A DNA stretch of 64,000 nucleotides. Source: Gammaproteobacteria bacterium (GTDB lineage: Bacteria; Pseudomonadota; Gammaproteobacteria; Eutrophobiales; Eutrophobiaceae). The translations under genes were made by a program, and so were the position numbers. A model generated the notes under the pieces. The model saw nothing but the letters and a program-made list of their open reading frames with translations, was not told the origin of the DNA and did not search any database. Below, piece by piece: positions 1 to 9,095 of this stretch. Each line of letters opens with the position of its first letter. Position 1 is the stretch's first letter. The stretch is taken from assembly GCA_965222155.1 (NCBI GenBank), contig CBDCTH010000012.1, positions 1,216,001 through 1,280,000 on the forward strand. The letters run 5' to 3'.

Positions 1-1
1 G

Positions 2-1813
2 TTGCGCGGGCCGCAGGGAACACTGTTCGGCAGAAATACCATAGGCGGGGCCGTAAACGTCAGGACCAAACGGCCTGGCGATGAGCCGGGTGGTAATATC
101 AGACTGACCACAGGCCGGTTTGACCGCATCGACCTGGCCGCTGCAGTCGACCTGCCGGTCAATGATAAATTGCAGCTGCGCCTCTCCGGCCTTACGCAGA
201 ATCGCGATGGTTTCGTGCGGCGTCTGGTCACCGACCCGGCGTTGCAAACGGATGATAATATCGTCGGCAACCGGCAGGGTAACGAGAATTCCGATACGCT
301 ACGCGGCTCCATTTTGTTTAATGCTACCGATGATCTCGAGTTTCTGGTTAATATCGATTACGCGCGCGTTCGCGAGGAATCAGCCGCGAGCACGGCGGCA
401 ATCACCAGCGCGGGGATCCCGGGAGCTTCATTACTGGCGCCCGTAACCGCGTCGGGATTTGGTCTGGTTGTGCCAGGTGACCCGCGCTTTATTCCTGATG
501 ACATCGATACCACATTCGCAACCGGCCCCAACGAAACTACACTGGATATTCTGGGTGCAACCGCTACAGTCACCTGGCGTCTTGACGGGCTGGAATTCAA
601 ATCGATTACCTCCTACCGGGAGACCGATGGCACATTCAATCGGGATGGGGACGGGACGCCTTTCCCCATCGGCGAACAGACGCGTAGCATTGATTTCGAA
701 CAGTTCACCCAGGAGCTACAAATAACCGGCGCCGGGTTCGATAACCAATTCGATTGGACGGCAGGCATGTTTTATTTCACCGAAGAGGCGACGGACCTGG
801 TTCTGGTGCGCTTAGGTAATATCCTGCCGCCGCCGGGTATCGATATCGATAATTTCATCGACAATGAAAGTTTCGCTATATTCGCGCAGGGGACATTCGA
901 CCTTAACGATAAATTGAGCCTGACCGGCGGCATTCGTTGGACCAGGGATGAGAAGGAGTATACGACGGCGCAAATCATCAGTGGGATACCGGTAACTGTC
1001 GTTAATGGCAGCAGTGATGCAGAGTTCGATGCAGTGACCGGGCGCGCGGGTCTGGAATACCGCTTAAACGAAGATCTGCTCATTTACTTTTCCTCGGCCC
1101 GGGGTTTCAAGAGTGGCGGTTTTACACCGCGTTATGTCGCGCCGGTTGCCGCACCCTTGCCGTTTGACCCGGAAACTGTGTGGTCATACGAAATCGGCGT
1201 TAAATGGCAGGGTCTGGAAGATCGCGCCCGGCTTAACCTGGCCGCGTTTTACACAGACTATACGGACATCCAGTTGGTATTGTTCGATAACTTCGGGGCG
1301 CCTATTAATCAAAACGGGGGTGAAGCGACAATCTGGGGTATAGAAGCGGAAGGGACCTGTATTTTCAGTGACTATTTCAGTCTGGCCACCACATTGGGGT
1401 ATACCAACGCTGAATTCGATGAAGTATTACCTCCTCTACTCGTGCCTTTTCAGCCTATTACAGTGGCTTCGAGGTTTCCCAACACACCGGAATTCCAAGC
1501 GTCGGTATCACCCCGACTTACCTTGCCGGTAGCCACTGGTGAAATTCGGCTGACAGTCGACTGGTTCTACAGTTCCAGCGTCCATCAAACCTTCGAAAAC
1601 GATCCTGAACTGTACCAGAACCCGCACCATCTGCTCGACGCATCGATTGCCTATACCGACTTGCCCGGTGACTGGTCACTGACCCTGGGTGTGCATAACG
1701 CTGCCGACGAGCGCATCATCATAAGTGGCGGTATCGGCAGAGTGCCGGGGTTTGGCGACAGGAACTTTAATCGGCCGCGTGAATGGTATCTGTCACTCAG
1801 CAAAAATTTCTAA
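2..1813 (+). CDS. TonB-dependent outer-membrane receptor (5' end outside window)
   Basis: RGPQGTLFGRNTIGGAVN plug motif, beta-barrel pattern, C-terminal Phe. Confidence 0.93.
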   Translation: MRGPQGTLFGRNTIGGAVNVRTKRPGDEPGGNIRLTTGRFDRIDLAAAVDLPVNDKLQLRLSGLTQNRDGFVRRLVTDPALQTDDNIVGNRQGNENSDTLRGSILFNATDDLEFLVNIDYARVREESAASTAAITSAGIPGASLLAPVTASGFGLVVPGDPRFIPDDIDTTFATGPNETTLDILGATATVTWRLDGLEFKSITSYRETDGTFNRDGDGTPFPIGEQTRSIDFEQFTQELQITGAGFDNQFDWTAGMFYFTEEATDLVLVRLGNILPPPGIDIDNFIDNESFAIFAQGTFDLNDKLSLTGGIRWTRDEKEYTTAQIISGIPVTVVNGSSDAEFDAVTGRAGLEYRLNEDLLIYFSSARGFKSGGFTPRYVAPVAAPLPFDPETVWSYEIGVKWQGLEDRARLNLAAFYTDYTDIQLVLFDNFGAPINQNGGEATIWGIEAEGTCIFSDYFSLATTLGYTNAEFDEVLPPLLVPFQPITVASRFPNTPEFQASVSPRLTLPVATGEIRLTVDWFYSSSVHQTFENDPELYQNPHHLLDASIAYTDLPGDWSLTLGVHNAADERIIISGGIGRVPGFGDRNFNRPREWYLSLSKNF

Positions 1814-1831
1814 CACAGCCTGATAAATCCC

Positions 1832-3277
1832 ATGGCGCGTTGCCTTCCGGACCAAGGATTCGTCACGTCGAAAGATGACGAACTCTTCAGCCTTTCTTTG
1901 TCCACACTGCTCCCCCTGCTTGAGCAGGGGGAGATTCACCATGAAGCATACCTGCAGAGTATCCTGCAACGTATTGAACAGTGTAAACACCTGAATATTT
2001 TTACTGCATACGATGAGGCAATCATTGCCCGGCAACTCGGCGGACTGAAAGATGGTTTGTCCCTGCTGCCCCTGCACGGTGTTCCGTTTGCCGTTAAAGA
2101 TAATATCCTTACTGAAGATTACCCTACCTCGAATGGCACGCCGGCGCTCAAAGACTGGCAACCGGGGGTAGATGCCGAAATCGTCAAACAAACGCGACGG
2201 CTGGGCGGCGTATTACTGGGCAAGCTCAACATGTCGGAATTCTGCCAGCATATATCCTGTAACAACGTCACCTTCGGGCCGGTACGCAACCCCCATAACC
2301 CGGACATGATACCGGGCGGCAGCAGTGGCGCTTGCGCAGCCGGTGTAGCCGCGGGGCTGTTTCCGTTTGCCATCGGCACGGATACCGGCGGCTCGGTACG
2401 CATTCCTGCCGCGTTGTGCGGCTGCTGTGGTTATAGACCGACAACCGGTCGCTTCTCCAACACGGGTATTACGCCCGTTGCGCCGATTGCCGACACGCCT
2501 GGTCTGCTGACCCGTTCCGTAGCAGATATTATTCTGCTGGATCAGTTGCTGACAGGCGCAGCCGATAGCGACCCGATTCACTTGTCCGGCCTCCGTTTAG
2601 GCATACCTCGAACCTATTTTTATGATGAGCTGGACCCGGACATCAGCAATGCCATGGAGACGGCTTTTGCAACCCTGTCTGCCCATGGTGTAATCCTGGT
2701 GGAACATGACATGCCGGATCTTGCCGAGCTCATTCCACGGGTCGGCATGCCCATTGTTTTCTATAGTATGCTGCGTGAAATCAGCTTCTTTCTGTTACGC
2801 CACGGTAATCTCACCCCGGTGCGCTCAATCATTGAACAGGTGGCCGGCGAAGTGGAGAAGACGACCCTGTTCAGCCAGCTTAACGAACTGCTGGTCAGCG
2901 CGGACAGTTACCACGATGCCTTGTGCAACAAATTGCCGGCATTGCGACGCAAGTACGACGATTACTTTCACGAGAGTAATAGCGATGTTTTTCTGGTGCC
3001 CACGACGATTGCCCCCGCCAAACCGCACTCGGCCAACGGAACTGACCGTGAAATCGACCATCTCCAGCAAAAGCGCCCAAGCTTTCTGAGCTATATCCAT
3101 AATACGGAGCCAAGCAGCTTTGCCGGTGTCCCATGCGTATCCATCCCTGTCGGGCTGACCGGGACGGACCTGCCGGTAGGGATGGAAATCGTAGGACAAA
3201 GGGGTTATGATGCTCGCTTACTGCAGATTGCAGTGGCGATCGAGGCAATACTCCCGCGATTCCCGAACCAGACATAG
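1832..3277 (+). CDS. Amidase-signature family enzyme (indoleacetamide/mandelamide hydrolase-like)
   Basis: GVPFAVKDNI, PGGSSG, GTDTGGSVRIPA (Lys-Ser-Ser triad). Confidence 0.9.
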   Translation: MARCLPDQGFVTSKDDELFSLSLSTLLPLLEQGEIHHEAYLQSILQRIEQCKHLNIFTAYDEAIIARQLGGLKDGLSLLPLHGVPFAVKDNILTEDYPTSNGTPALKDWQPGVDAEIVKQTRRLGGVLLGKLNMSEFCQHISCNNVTFGPVRNPHNPDMIPGGSSGACAAGVAAGLFPFAIGTDTGGSVRIPAALCGCCGYRPTTGRFSNTGITPVAPIADTPGLLTRSVADIILLDQLLTGAADSDPIHLSGLRLGIPRTYFYDELDPDISNAMETAFATLSAHGVILVEHDMPDLAELIPRVGMPIVFYSMLREISFFLLRHGNLTPVRSIIEQVAGEVEKTTLFSQLNELLVSADSYHDALCNKLPALRRKYDDYFHESNSDVFLVPTTIAPAKPHSANGTDREIDHLQQKRPSFLSYIHNTEPSSFAGVPCVSIPVGLTGTDLPVGMEIVGQRGYDARLLQIAVAIEAILPRFPNQT

Positions 3278-3322
3278 CTTGAATCGGGCTGTTTTTGCCA
3301 TTTTTTACGGCGCGGAGGTCCA

Positions 3323-4270
3323 ATGCAATGGTATGAATTCAGCACCAGCCCACGACAAGGACTCGATGACTGGCGACACTTCATCAGTAAAAACCTGATT
3401 GGCGTTGAATGTGAGCCCCTGTCACACGATAATTTCCATGGGGCTGTACGTCAGGCCAAGGTAGGGAGTTTTGGCATAACACAGATCGCGTGCAGCGCTC
3501 ATCGAGTACATCGCTCCGAAAGACAACTCGATGATTCGGCCAAAGATTATCTCGTTGTTCTGCTGCAGAAAAAAGGCGACGTCTACATAGAACACAAGGG
3601 CGTCGACAATGACCTGGGGCCTTCAGGGATTTTCATTTTCGATCCTTCCTATACGCATGAGATGAAATTCCATTCGGATATTGATCAAACACTCTTACGT
3701 TTTCCCAAAGATGCCTTTTCCTTGCGGGGAATTGAACCTTATACGTTGGCAGGCGCAAAAGTCAATTGCAAGAGTGGGCTTGGACGCTGTTTTATGGAGT
3801 TCATAAGTTCCGTCACCAATGAACTCGAACAATGTGCCGAATACGATTGCCAGCGTCTTCTGGAAACCGCCGTCGACCTGTTCAAGCTGACCCTGCAGGA
3901 ACATCATTCCCTGTCGCTGGGGCGCCTCAGCTCAACGCAGCGGCACCTTGTGAGCCGGATAAGAGCTTATATCGAATATAATTTAACTGCCCCGGAATTA
4001 AATGCCGAACGCATCTCGGAGCATTTCGGCATATCCAGACGCTATATCGACCAGTTGTTCAGTTTGACCGGGGAAACCCTGTCCGGATGGATCAAGGCGC
4101 GCAGACTGGAGTTGTGCTGTCGTCTTTTCAGGGGCCGGGATACCAGAACAGTGAGCATATCGGAAGTTGCCTATTTCGCCGGTTTCGGTGATATTTCTTA
4201 TTTTAATCGATCCTTCAAGCAACGCTACCACATCACTCCGCGCCAATACAAAAAACGTTTCAGTATATGA
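3323..4270 (+). CDS. AraC-family transcriptional regulator (FeaR-like)
   Basis: C-terminal double HTH, ISEVAYFAGFGDISYFNRSFKQRYHITPRQY. Confidence 0.9.
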   Translation: MQWYEFSTSPRQGLDDWRHFISKNLIGVECEPLSHDNFHGAVRQAKVGSFGITQIACSAHRVHRSERQLDDSAKDYLVVLLQKKGDVYIEHKGVDNDLGPSGIFIFDPSYTHEMKFHSDIDQTLLRFPKDAFSLRGIEPYTLAGAKVNCKSGLGRCFMEFISSVTNELEQCAEYDCQRLLETAVDLFKLTLQEHHSLSLGRLSSTQRHLVSRIRAYIEYNLTAPELNAERISEHFGISRRYIDQLFSLTGETLSGWIKARRLELCCRLFRGRDTRTVSISEVAYFAGFGDISYFNRSFKQRYHITPRQYKKRFSI

Positions 4271-4384
4271 AGCGTTTTTACGTGGATCGTGTCGTCGAAC
4301 TGATATTCGCCAACGCAGCAGCGTTTCCCAGGGAAGTCATCAAGATGTTACGGGACAGGATGGCCGGTGGACACGGCTGGACAG

Positions 4385-6058
4385 CTATTCCTCGCCCCGC
4401 ATACGCCTGCGCCGGTCGATGTCGCCCGGGACAGGGACGGCATCCAGTAGTGTCCGGGTGTATTCGTGTTGCGGGTTGAAGATAACGTCCTCTGTCCTCC
4501 CGCGTTCAATTACTTTACCCCGGTGCATGACCAGTATCTGCTCGGACAGTTGCCTGACGACACTCAGATCATGAGAGATGAACAGGTAGGCAATGCCGTA
4601 GCGCGCTTGCAGCCGGCGTAACAGGTCGATAATCTGCGCCTGTATGGTCACGTCCAGGGCGCTGACGGCCTCGTCACAAACGATGAACTTAGGTTCCAGA
4701 GACAGCGCCCGGGCGATACTGATACGCTGGCGTTCACCGCCGGAAAACTCAAACGGGTAGCGGTTGACCATGTCCGCCCTCAGTTCAACCTCCTCAAGCA
4801 GTTGCACGGCCTTATCCTGTTTCGCCATGTCCAGCAAACCATGCTCCTTGAGTCCCTCCGTCAGTATATCCATGATCGTCATACGCGGGTTCAGCGATGA
4901 ATAGGGGTCCTGGAAGATCATTTGCAGGTTACGGCGCCAGGGTTTCATGCGGCCTTTCTTCAGGCCGCCGATTTCCGTGTCTTCAAAGACTATACTGCCG
5001 TTGTTGATGGCTTGCAGGCCGATAATTGCCCGTCCCAGGGTGGTTTTCCCCGAACCCGATTCCCCCACCAGGCCCACCGTTGACCCCCTGGCAATGGCCA
5101 GGTCAATATCGTCAACGGCCTTGACATGGCCGGTCGTGCGTGCGAACAAGCCCTTTTTGACCGGGAACCAGACGCGCAGGTTCTCCACCCGAATTAATCC
5201 ATCCTTGCCATGCGCGGCTTTCGTTCCCCTGCCATACGCTCTCACTGCGTCTTCCTTCGTATCGTACAGCCGCGGCACCGCTTGCAGCAACGAACGTGTA
5301 TACTCATGGGCAGGCGCACTGAATATGGGTTCGATCGCGCCGCGCTCAACTACCCGGGAGTCTTTCATGACGTAGAGCCGGTCGCATACCTCCCAGACCA
5401 CTGCCAGGTCGTGGGTGATCAGCAGCATAGACGTGTCTTCATCCTTCATGCTCATCAATAACCTGAAAATCTGCGCCTGCACCGTAACGTCCAGGGCGGT
5501 GGAGGGTTCATCAGCGATGATCAGCTGCGGTTTCAGCATCAGGGCCATGGCAATCATGACGCGCTGGCGCATACCGCCGGATAAATGATGGGGATAAAAC
5601 GACATCCGCTGCTCCGGGTCGGGGAGGCCTACCTTCTCCAGCCATTCCGTACCGAATTTCCAGGCCGCTTCCCGGTCCATGTCGGTATGAAGGCGCAACA
5701 TCTCGCTGAGTTGTTGACCGACCTTGTGCAACGGCGACAGCGCGGTCATCGGTTCCTGGAATATCATACTGATTTCCGCCCCGCGGGTTTGTCTGAGGCG
5801 CTCGATGGGCAGCGTCAGCAGGTCTTCACCGTTGAAGACAGCATTACCCTTGACGAAGCGCGCCGGCGGGCGCGGGACAAGCCGCAAAATACTCTGCGCA
5901 GTCACGGTCTTGCCGGAACCGGACTCTCCCACCAGTCCGATAATCTCGCCTCGGCGGATATCCAGGCTGACGTCGTTTACCGCCTCGACAATGCCTTCAT
6001 CGGTGTCGAAATGCACCGTGAGATCGTTGACGGAAAGCAGTTTTCCGGATGTTTTCAT
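4385..6058 (-). CDS. yejF: Peptide ABC transporter, double ATPase (YejF-like)
   Basis: Two GESGSGKT Walker A and LSGG/FSGG signatures; start placed at ATG 6058 just after the permease stop. Confidence 0.85.
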   Translation of the reverse strand: MKTSGKLLSVNDLTVHFDTDEGIVEAVNDVSLDIRRGEIIGLVGESGSGKTVTAQSILRLVPRPPARFVKGNAVFNGEDLLTLPIERLRQTRGAEISMIFQEPMTALSPLHKVGQQLSEMLRLHTDMDREAAWKFGTEWLEKVGLPDPEQRMSFYPHHLSGGMRQRVMIAMALMLKPQLIIADEPSTALDVTVQAQIFRLLMSMKDEDTSMLLITHDLAVVWEVCDRLYVMKDSRVVERGAIEPIFSAPAHEYTRSLLQAVPRLYDTKEDAVRAYGRGTKAAHGKDGLIRVENLRVWFPVKKGLFARTTGHVKAVDDIDLAIARGSTVGLVGESGSGKTTLGRAIIGLQAINNGSIVFEDTEIGGLKKGRMKPWRRNLQMIFQDPYSSLNPRMTIMDILTEGLKEHGLLDMAKQDKAVQLLEEVELRADMVNRYPFEFSGGERQRISIARALSLEPKFIVCDEAVSALDVTIQAQIIDLLRRLQARYGIAYLFISHDLSVVRQLSEQILVMHRGKVIERGRTEDVIFNPQHEYTRTLLDAVPVPGDIDRRRRMRGEE

Positions 6059-6065
6059 AGCCCCG

Positions 6066-7664
6066 TCATTCCAGCCGCGTAAACTTCCTGGGGTCGAAGG
6101 CATTGCGCACACCCTCGCCGATGAAAACACACAGGAGGATCACCAGGAACAGGGCCAGGCTCGGATACAAAATCAGCCACCAGTAGGCCTGTCCCTGCGC
6201 TTGCGCCAGCAATTGTCCCCAACTGGCGGTGGGTGGGGGCAGGCCGAAACCCAGGTAATCCAGCGCCGCCAGGGTACCGATAGCGCCGACCAGGGAAAAG
6301 GGAAAGAACGTTGTCAGCGGTACCAGCGCATTAGGCAGTATGTGCCGGAACAGGATTTTCCGATCCGGCAATCCCAGGCACTGGGCGGCTTCGACGAACT
6401 GCTGGTTGCGCAGGCGCAGGAATTCGGCGCGCATGTAATAGGAAATGCCTATCCAGTTGAACAAACCGTAGACAATGAGTAACAGTGTGAAACTGCTGCC
6501 GTACACCGACCCCAGCAGTATCAGGACGTACAGGAACGGCAGCGCTTCCCAGATCTCAGTCAGACGCTGGCCGGTCAGGTCAAATTTTCCGCCGTAGTAG
6601 CCCTGGACTGCGCCGATGATCGTGCCGATAACCATGGAAGTGACGACCAGCAGCAGGCCGAAATTAAGCGATATTCGCAAGCCGTAAAAGATGCGCGCCA
6701 GCACGTCCCGGCCGGTGTCATCCAGTCCGAACAGGTGGGGGCCGACCGGACGGAATGGAAAGCGCACGTCTTCCTTGATGAATTTTATCCGGTAGTTGAT
6801 GCCGTCATGCTCCAGACGCAGGTCTCCGACGGGAGCCGACAGGCGCGCCCTGGCCCTGTTGCGGATATCGTCTCTGCGTTTTGCCGTGAGATCATTCCAC
6901 AAGCCGTTGCGGGTGCTGACAAGCCCGTCTTCAGGGGTATACAGCCAACTCTCTTCCAGGTTTTCCCCGACGCCTTCCCGCAGCAGCACCCGTACCGTGT
7001 CCGGACTCCTGCTGCGTGGTTTGTAAGGAGAGAGGCTGAGTTCAACCTGCGCCGCTTCCGGAGCCGATGGGAATACCGTTGAATAGGGTACTGCCGGCTT
7101 ATTGGCAAATCTCAGCTTCAGGGCCTCGATGAAAGGCTCAGCGATGGTATAGAAGCTGCGCATACTCAATCCTTCAATGGGCGCCCCAATTGCCGTATCA
7201 CCCTGGCGGAAAAACCACTCCGCCCGCTGCTGACGATGTATGATGAAATTGATATCGATATTGACCGAGGCAACCCGGGGCTCCCGCTGCACATGAATTT
7301 CCACCTGGTTATCAACCGGGATGGAGGAGGCCTTGGTAATCTCCTGGGGACCGAAGGGCACCAGCGGAAAAATCATGAAATTATCCTCACTCCCGGCAAA
7401 CGCGGGAGAGTCATTGATCGTCTTGTAGTCCGGACGGGTTAATAACCCATTGCCTGTAAAGGTGTTCTCCGGGTAAAAGAACAAAACTGGAAAATAGGAT
7501 TTGTCCTCATAATGCACATACAGTGGACGATCATTGCAGATTAACTCTGCCCCCAGGCTCGTTATATACAGGAACACGATGATCAGCAGCGAATAATACG
7601 CGCGCTTGTACTCACGAAACCGTTGCAGGCGCTTACGCGTAATCGGATCAAACCAGTTAACCAT
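6066..7664 (-). CDS. yejE: Peptide ABC permease (YejE-like) with enlarged periplasmic loop
   Basis: GLDDTGRDVLARIFYGLRISL, YYMRAEFLRLR, EAA loop. Confidence 0.85.
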   Translation of the reverse strand: MVNWFDPITRKRLQRFREYKRAYYSLLIIVFLYITSLGAELICNDRPLYVHYEDKSYFPVLFFYPENTFTGNGLLTRPDYKTINDSPAFAGSEDNFMIFPLVPFGPQEITKASSIPVDNQVEIHVQREPRVASVNIDINFIIHRQQRAEWFFRQGDTAIGAPIEGLSMRSFYTIAEPFIEALKLRFANKPAVPYSTVFPSAPEAAQVELSLSPYKPRSRSPDTVRVLLREGVGENLEESWLYTPEDGLVSTRNGLWNDLTAKRRDDIRNRARARLSAPVGDLRLEHDGINYRIKFIKEDVRFPFRPVGPHLFGLDDTGRDVLARIFYGLRISLNFGLLLVVTSMVIGTIIGAVQGYYGGKFDLTGQRLTEIWEALPFLYVLILLGSVYGSSFTLLLIVYGLFNWIGISYYMRAEFLRLRNQQFVEAAQCLGLPDRKILFRHILPNALVPLTTFFPFSLVGAIGTLAALDYLGFGLPPPTASWGQLLAQAQGQAYWWLILYPSLALFLVILLCVFIGEGVRNAFDPRKFTRLE

Positions 7665-7671
7665 AAAACAC

Positions 7672-7806
7672 CGTCATTCCGGCAAATGCCCCCCTGGTCG
7701 TCACTCCGGCGAATGCCCCTTGGTCGTCACTCCGGCGAATGCCCCTTGGTCATCATTCCGGCGAATGCCCCCTTGGTCGTCATTCCGGCGAATGCCGGAA
7801 TCCAGT
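7672..7806 (+). repeat. Tandem array of CGTC-type REP units: 4 truncated 26-27-nt units plus 1 complete hairpin
   Basis: CGTCA(T/C)TCCGGCGAATGCCCC(C)TTGGT-like units at 7672, 7699, 7725, 7751, then CGTCATTCCGGCGAATGCCGGAATCCAGT. Confidence 0.9.
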
Positions 7807-7833
7807 GAAACAATAATGCTTCTATCGCAATAC

Positions 7834-8877
7834 TCATGCGTCGAAATGTATCCTTGGATCGATGAACATGTAACACAAGTCGGAGAAGATCCTGCCTATC
7901 AGCCCGAGAATGGAGGTCAGGGCCAGTATGCCCATGAATACCATGTAATCGCGGCTGACGATGGCATCCAGGCTCAACAGGCCCATGCCGGGGATTTCAA
8001 AGACTTTTTCTATCAGCACGGACCCGGCAAAAATCAGGGTGAAGATACTGCCGAAACCGGTGGCAATGGGAATCAGCGAATTGCGGAAGGCATGAGCCCA
8101 GATGGCCCGGTTGAATGTAGCGCCTTTGGCCAGGACCGTGCGAACATAATCCTGGCTGATCTGCTCCAGCAGGCTGTTCTTCATCAGCAGTGTGAGCACT
8201 GCGAAGTTGCCTATCATGTAGCAGGTGACCGGCAAAAACATGTGCATGAACAAGTCTTTGGCCTTGTCTGAGGTGGACAGCTCAATAAAATTTTCCGAAG
8301 TAAAACCGCTGACCGGAAAAATATCCCATAACCCTTCTGTCGTGCCTGACAGAAACATCTTCAACAACATGCCGAAGGCGAATGCGGGGATGGCATAGCC
8401 GATGAATACCAGGATACTGCTGGAGATATCAAACCAGGAGCCGTTTTTGACGGCCTTGGCTATTCCCAGAGGGATGCAGACCAGGTAGGTCAGGAAGAAC
8501 CCGGTCAGTCCGAATATCAGCGATACCGGAAATCGCTCGACAATAAGTTGGATCACCGTTTTGTTCGGGTATTTATAGGAGTCGACCGCCATGCCGACCC
8601 GATCCGTGACCAGCCATTTCCAGTAACGCTGCAGCAGGGGTTTGTCGAAGTTGAAATGCTGCTCCAGGGCCTTGCGCTGGTCCGGGGAGATACCGCTGGG
8701 TCCGGCGGCCGCGGCTGCATCAACCGTTCCCTGGCCAATCCCGCGCATCTGCATAATTGCCTGCTCCACCGGCCCGCCGGGGATAAACTGGCACAGGGCA
8801 AAACAGACGAAGGTGATACCGATGAAGGTGGGAATGACCAGCAGCAGGCGCCTGATGATGTAATGCGTTCGTTCCAT
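7834..8877 (-). CDS. yejB: Peptide ABC permease (YejB-like)
   Basis: YIIRRLLLVIPTFIGIT, PGGPVEQAI, HAFRNSLIPIA, IDPRIHF. Confidence 0.88.
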   Translation of the reverse strand: MERTHYIIRRLLLVIPTFIGITFVCFALCQFIPGGPVEQAIMQMRGIGQGTVDAAAAAGPSGISPDQRKALEQHFNFDKPLLQRYWKWLVTDRVGMAVDSYKYPNKTVIQLIVERFPVSLIFGLTGFFLTYLVCIPLGIAKAVKNGSWFDISSSILVFIGYAIPAFAFGMLLKMFLSGTTEGLWDIFPVSGFTSENFIELSTSDKAKDLFMHMFLPVTCYMIGNFAVLTLLMKNSLLEQISQDYVRTVLAKGATFNRAIWAHAFRNSLIPIATGFGSIFTLIFAGSVLIEKVFEIPGMGLLSLDAIVSRDYMVFMGILALTSILGLIGRIFSDLCYMFIDPRIHFDA

Positions 8878-8890
8878 TGACTCTATAAAA

Positions 8891-9075
8891 TATCCGCAGG
8901 TTACGTAATTAAAACATATTATCCGCAGATTACGCAGATTAGCGCAGATTAAAAATGATTCTTTTGTGTTGGAGTGATTTTGTTCTGAAATTGATTATAA
9001 GAACAACCATTGCAGCCCCGATAATATGATAAGTCTGCTCATCTTTTATATTTTCATCTGCGTAATCTGCGGATA
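8891..9075 (-). mobile_element. Non-autonomous GxxExxY element (internally deleted gene between GCAGAT-repeat inverted arms)
   Basis: Arms TATCCGCAGATTACGCAGAT...ATCTGCGTAATCTGCGGATA; minus strand reads DEQTYHIIGAAMVV|LIINFRTKSLQHKRIIFNLR*, matching both ends of the protein at 12596-12992. Confidence 0.85.
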
Positions 9076-9095
9076 AATAATTTTTCACCCGTGTA

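Noticed and set aside
7672-7806. CRISPR array or the repetitive ORFs 7606-8271 and 7623-7808
   Set aside because: No spacers; the peptides are translations of REP stutters or antisense to yejB.
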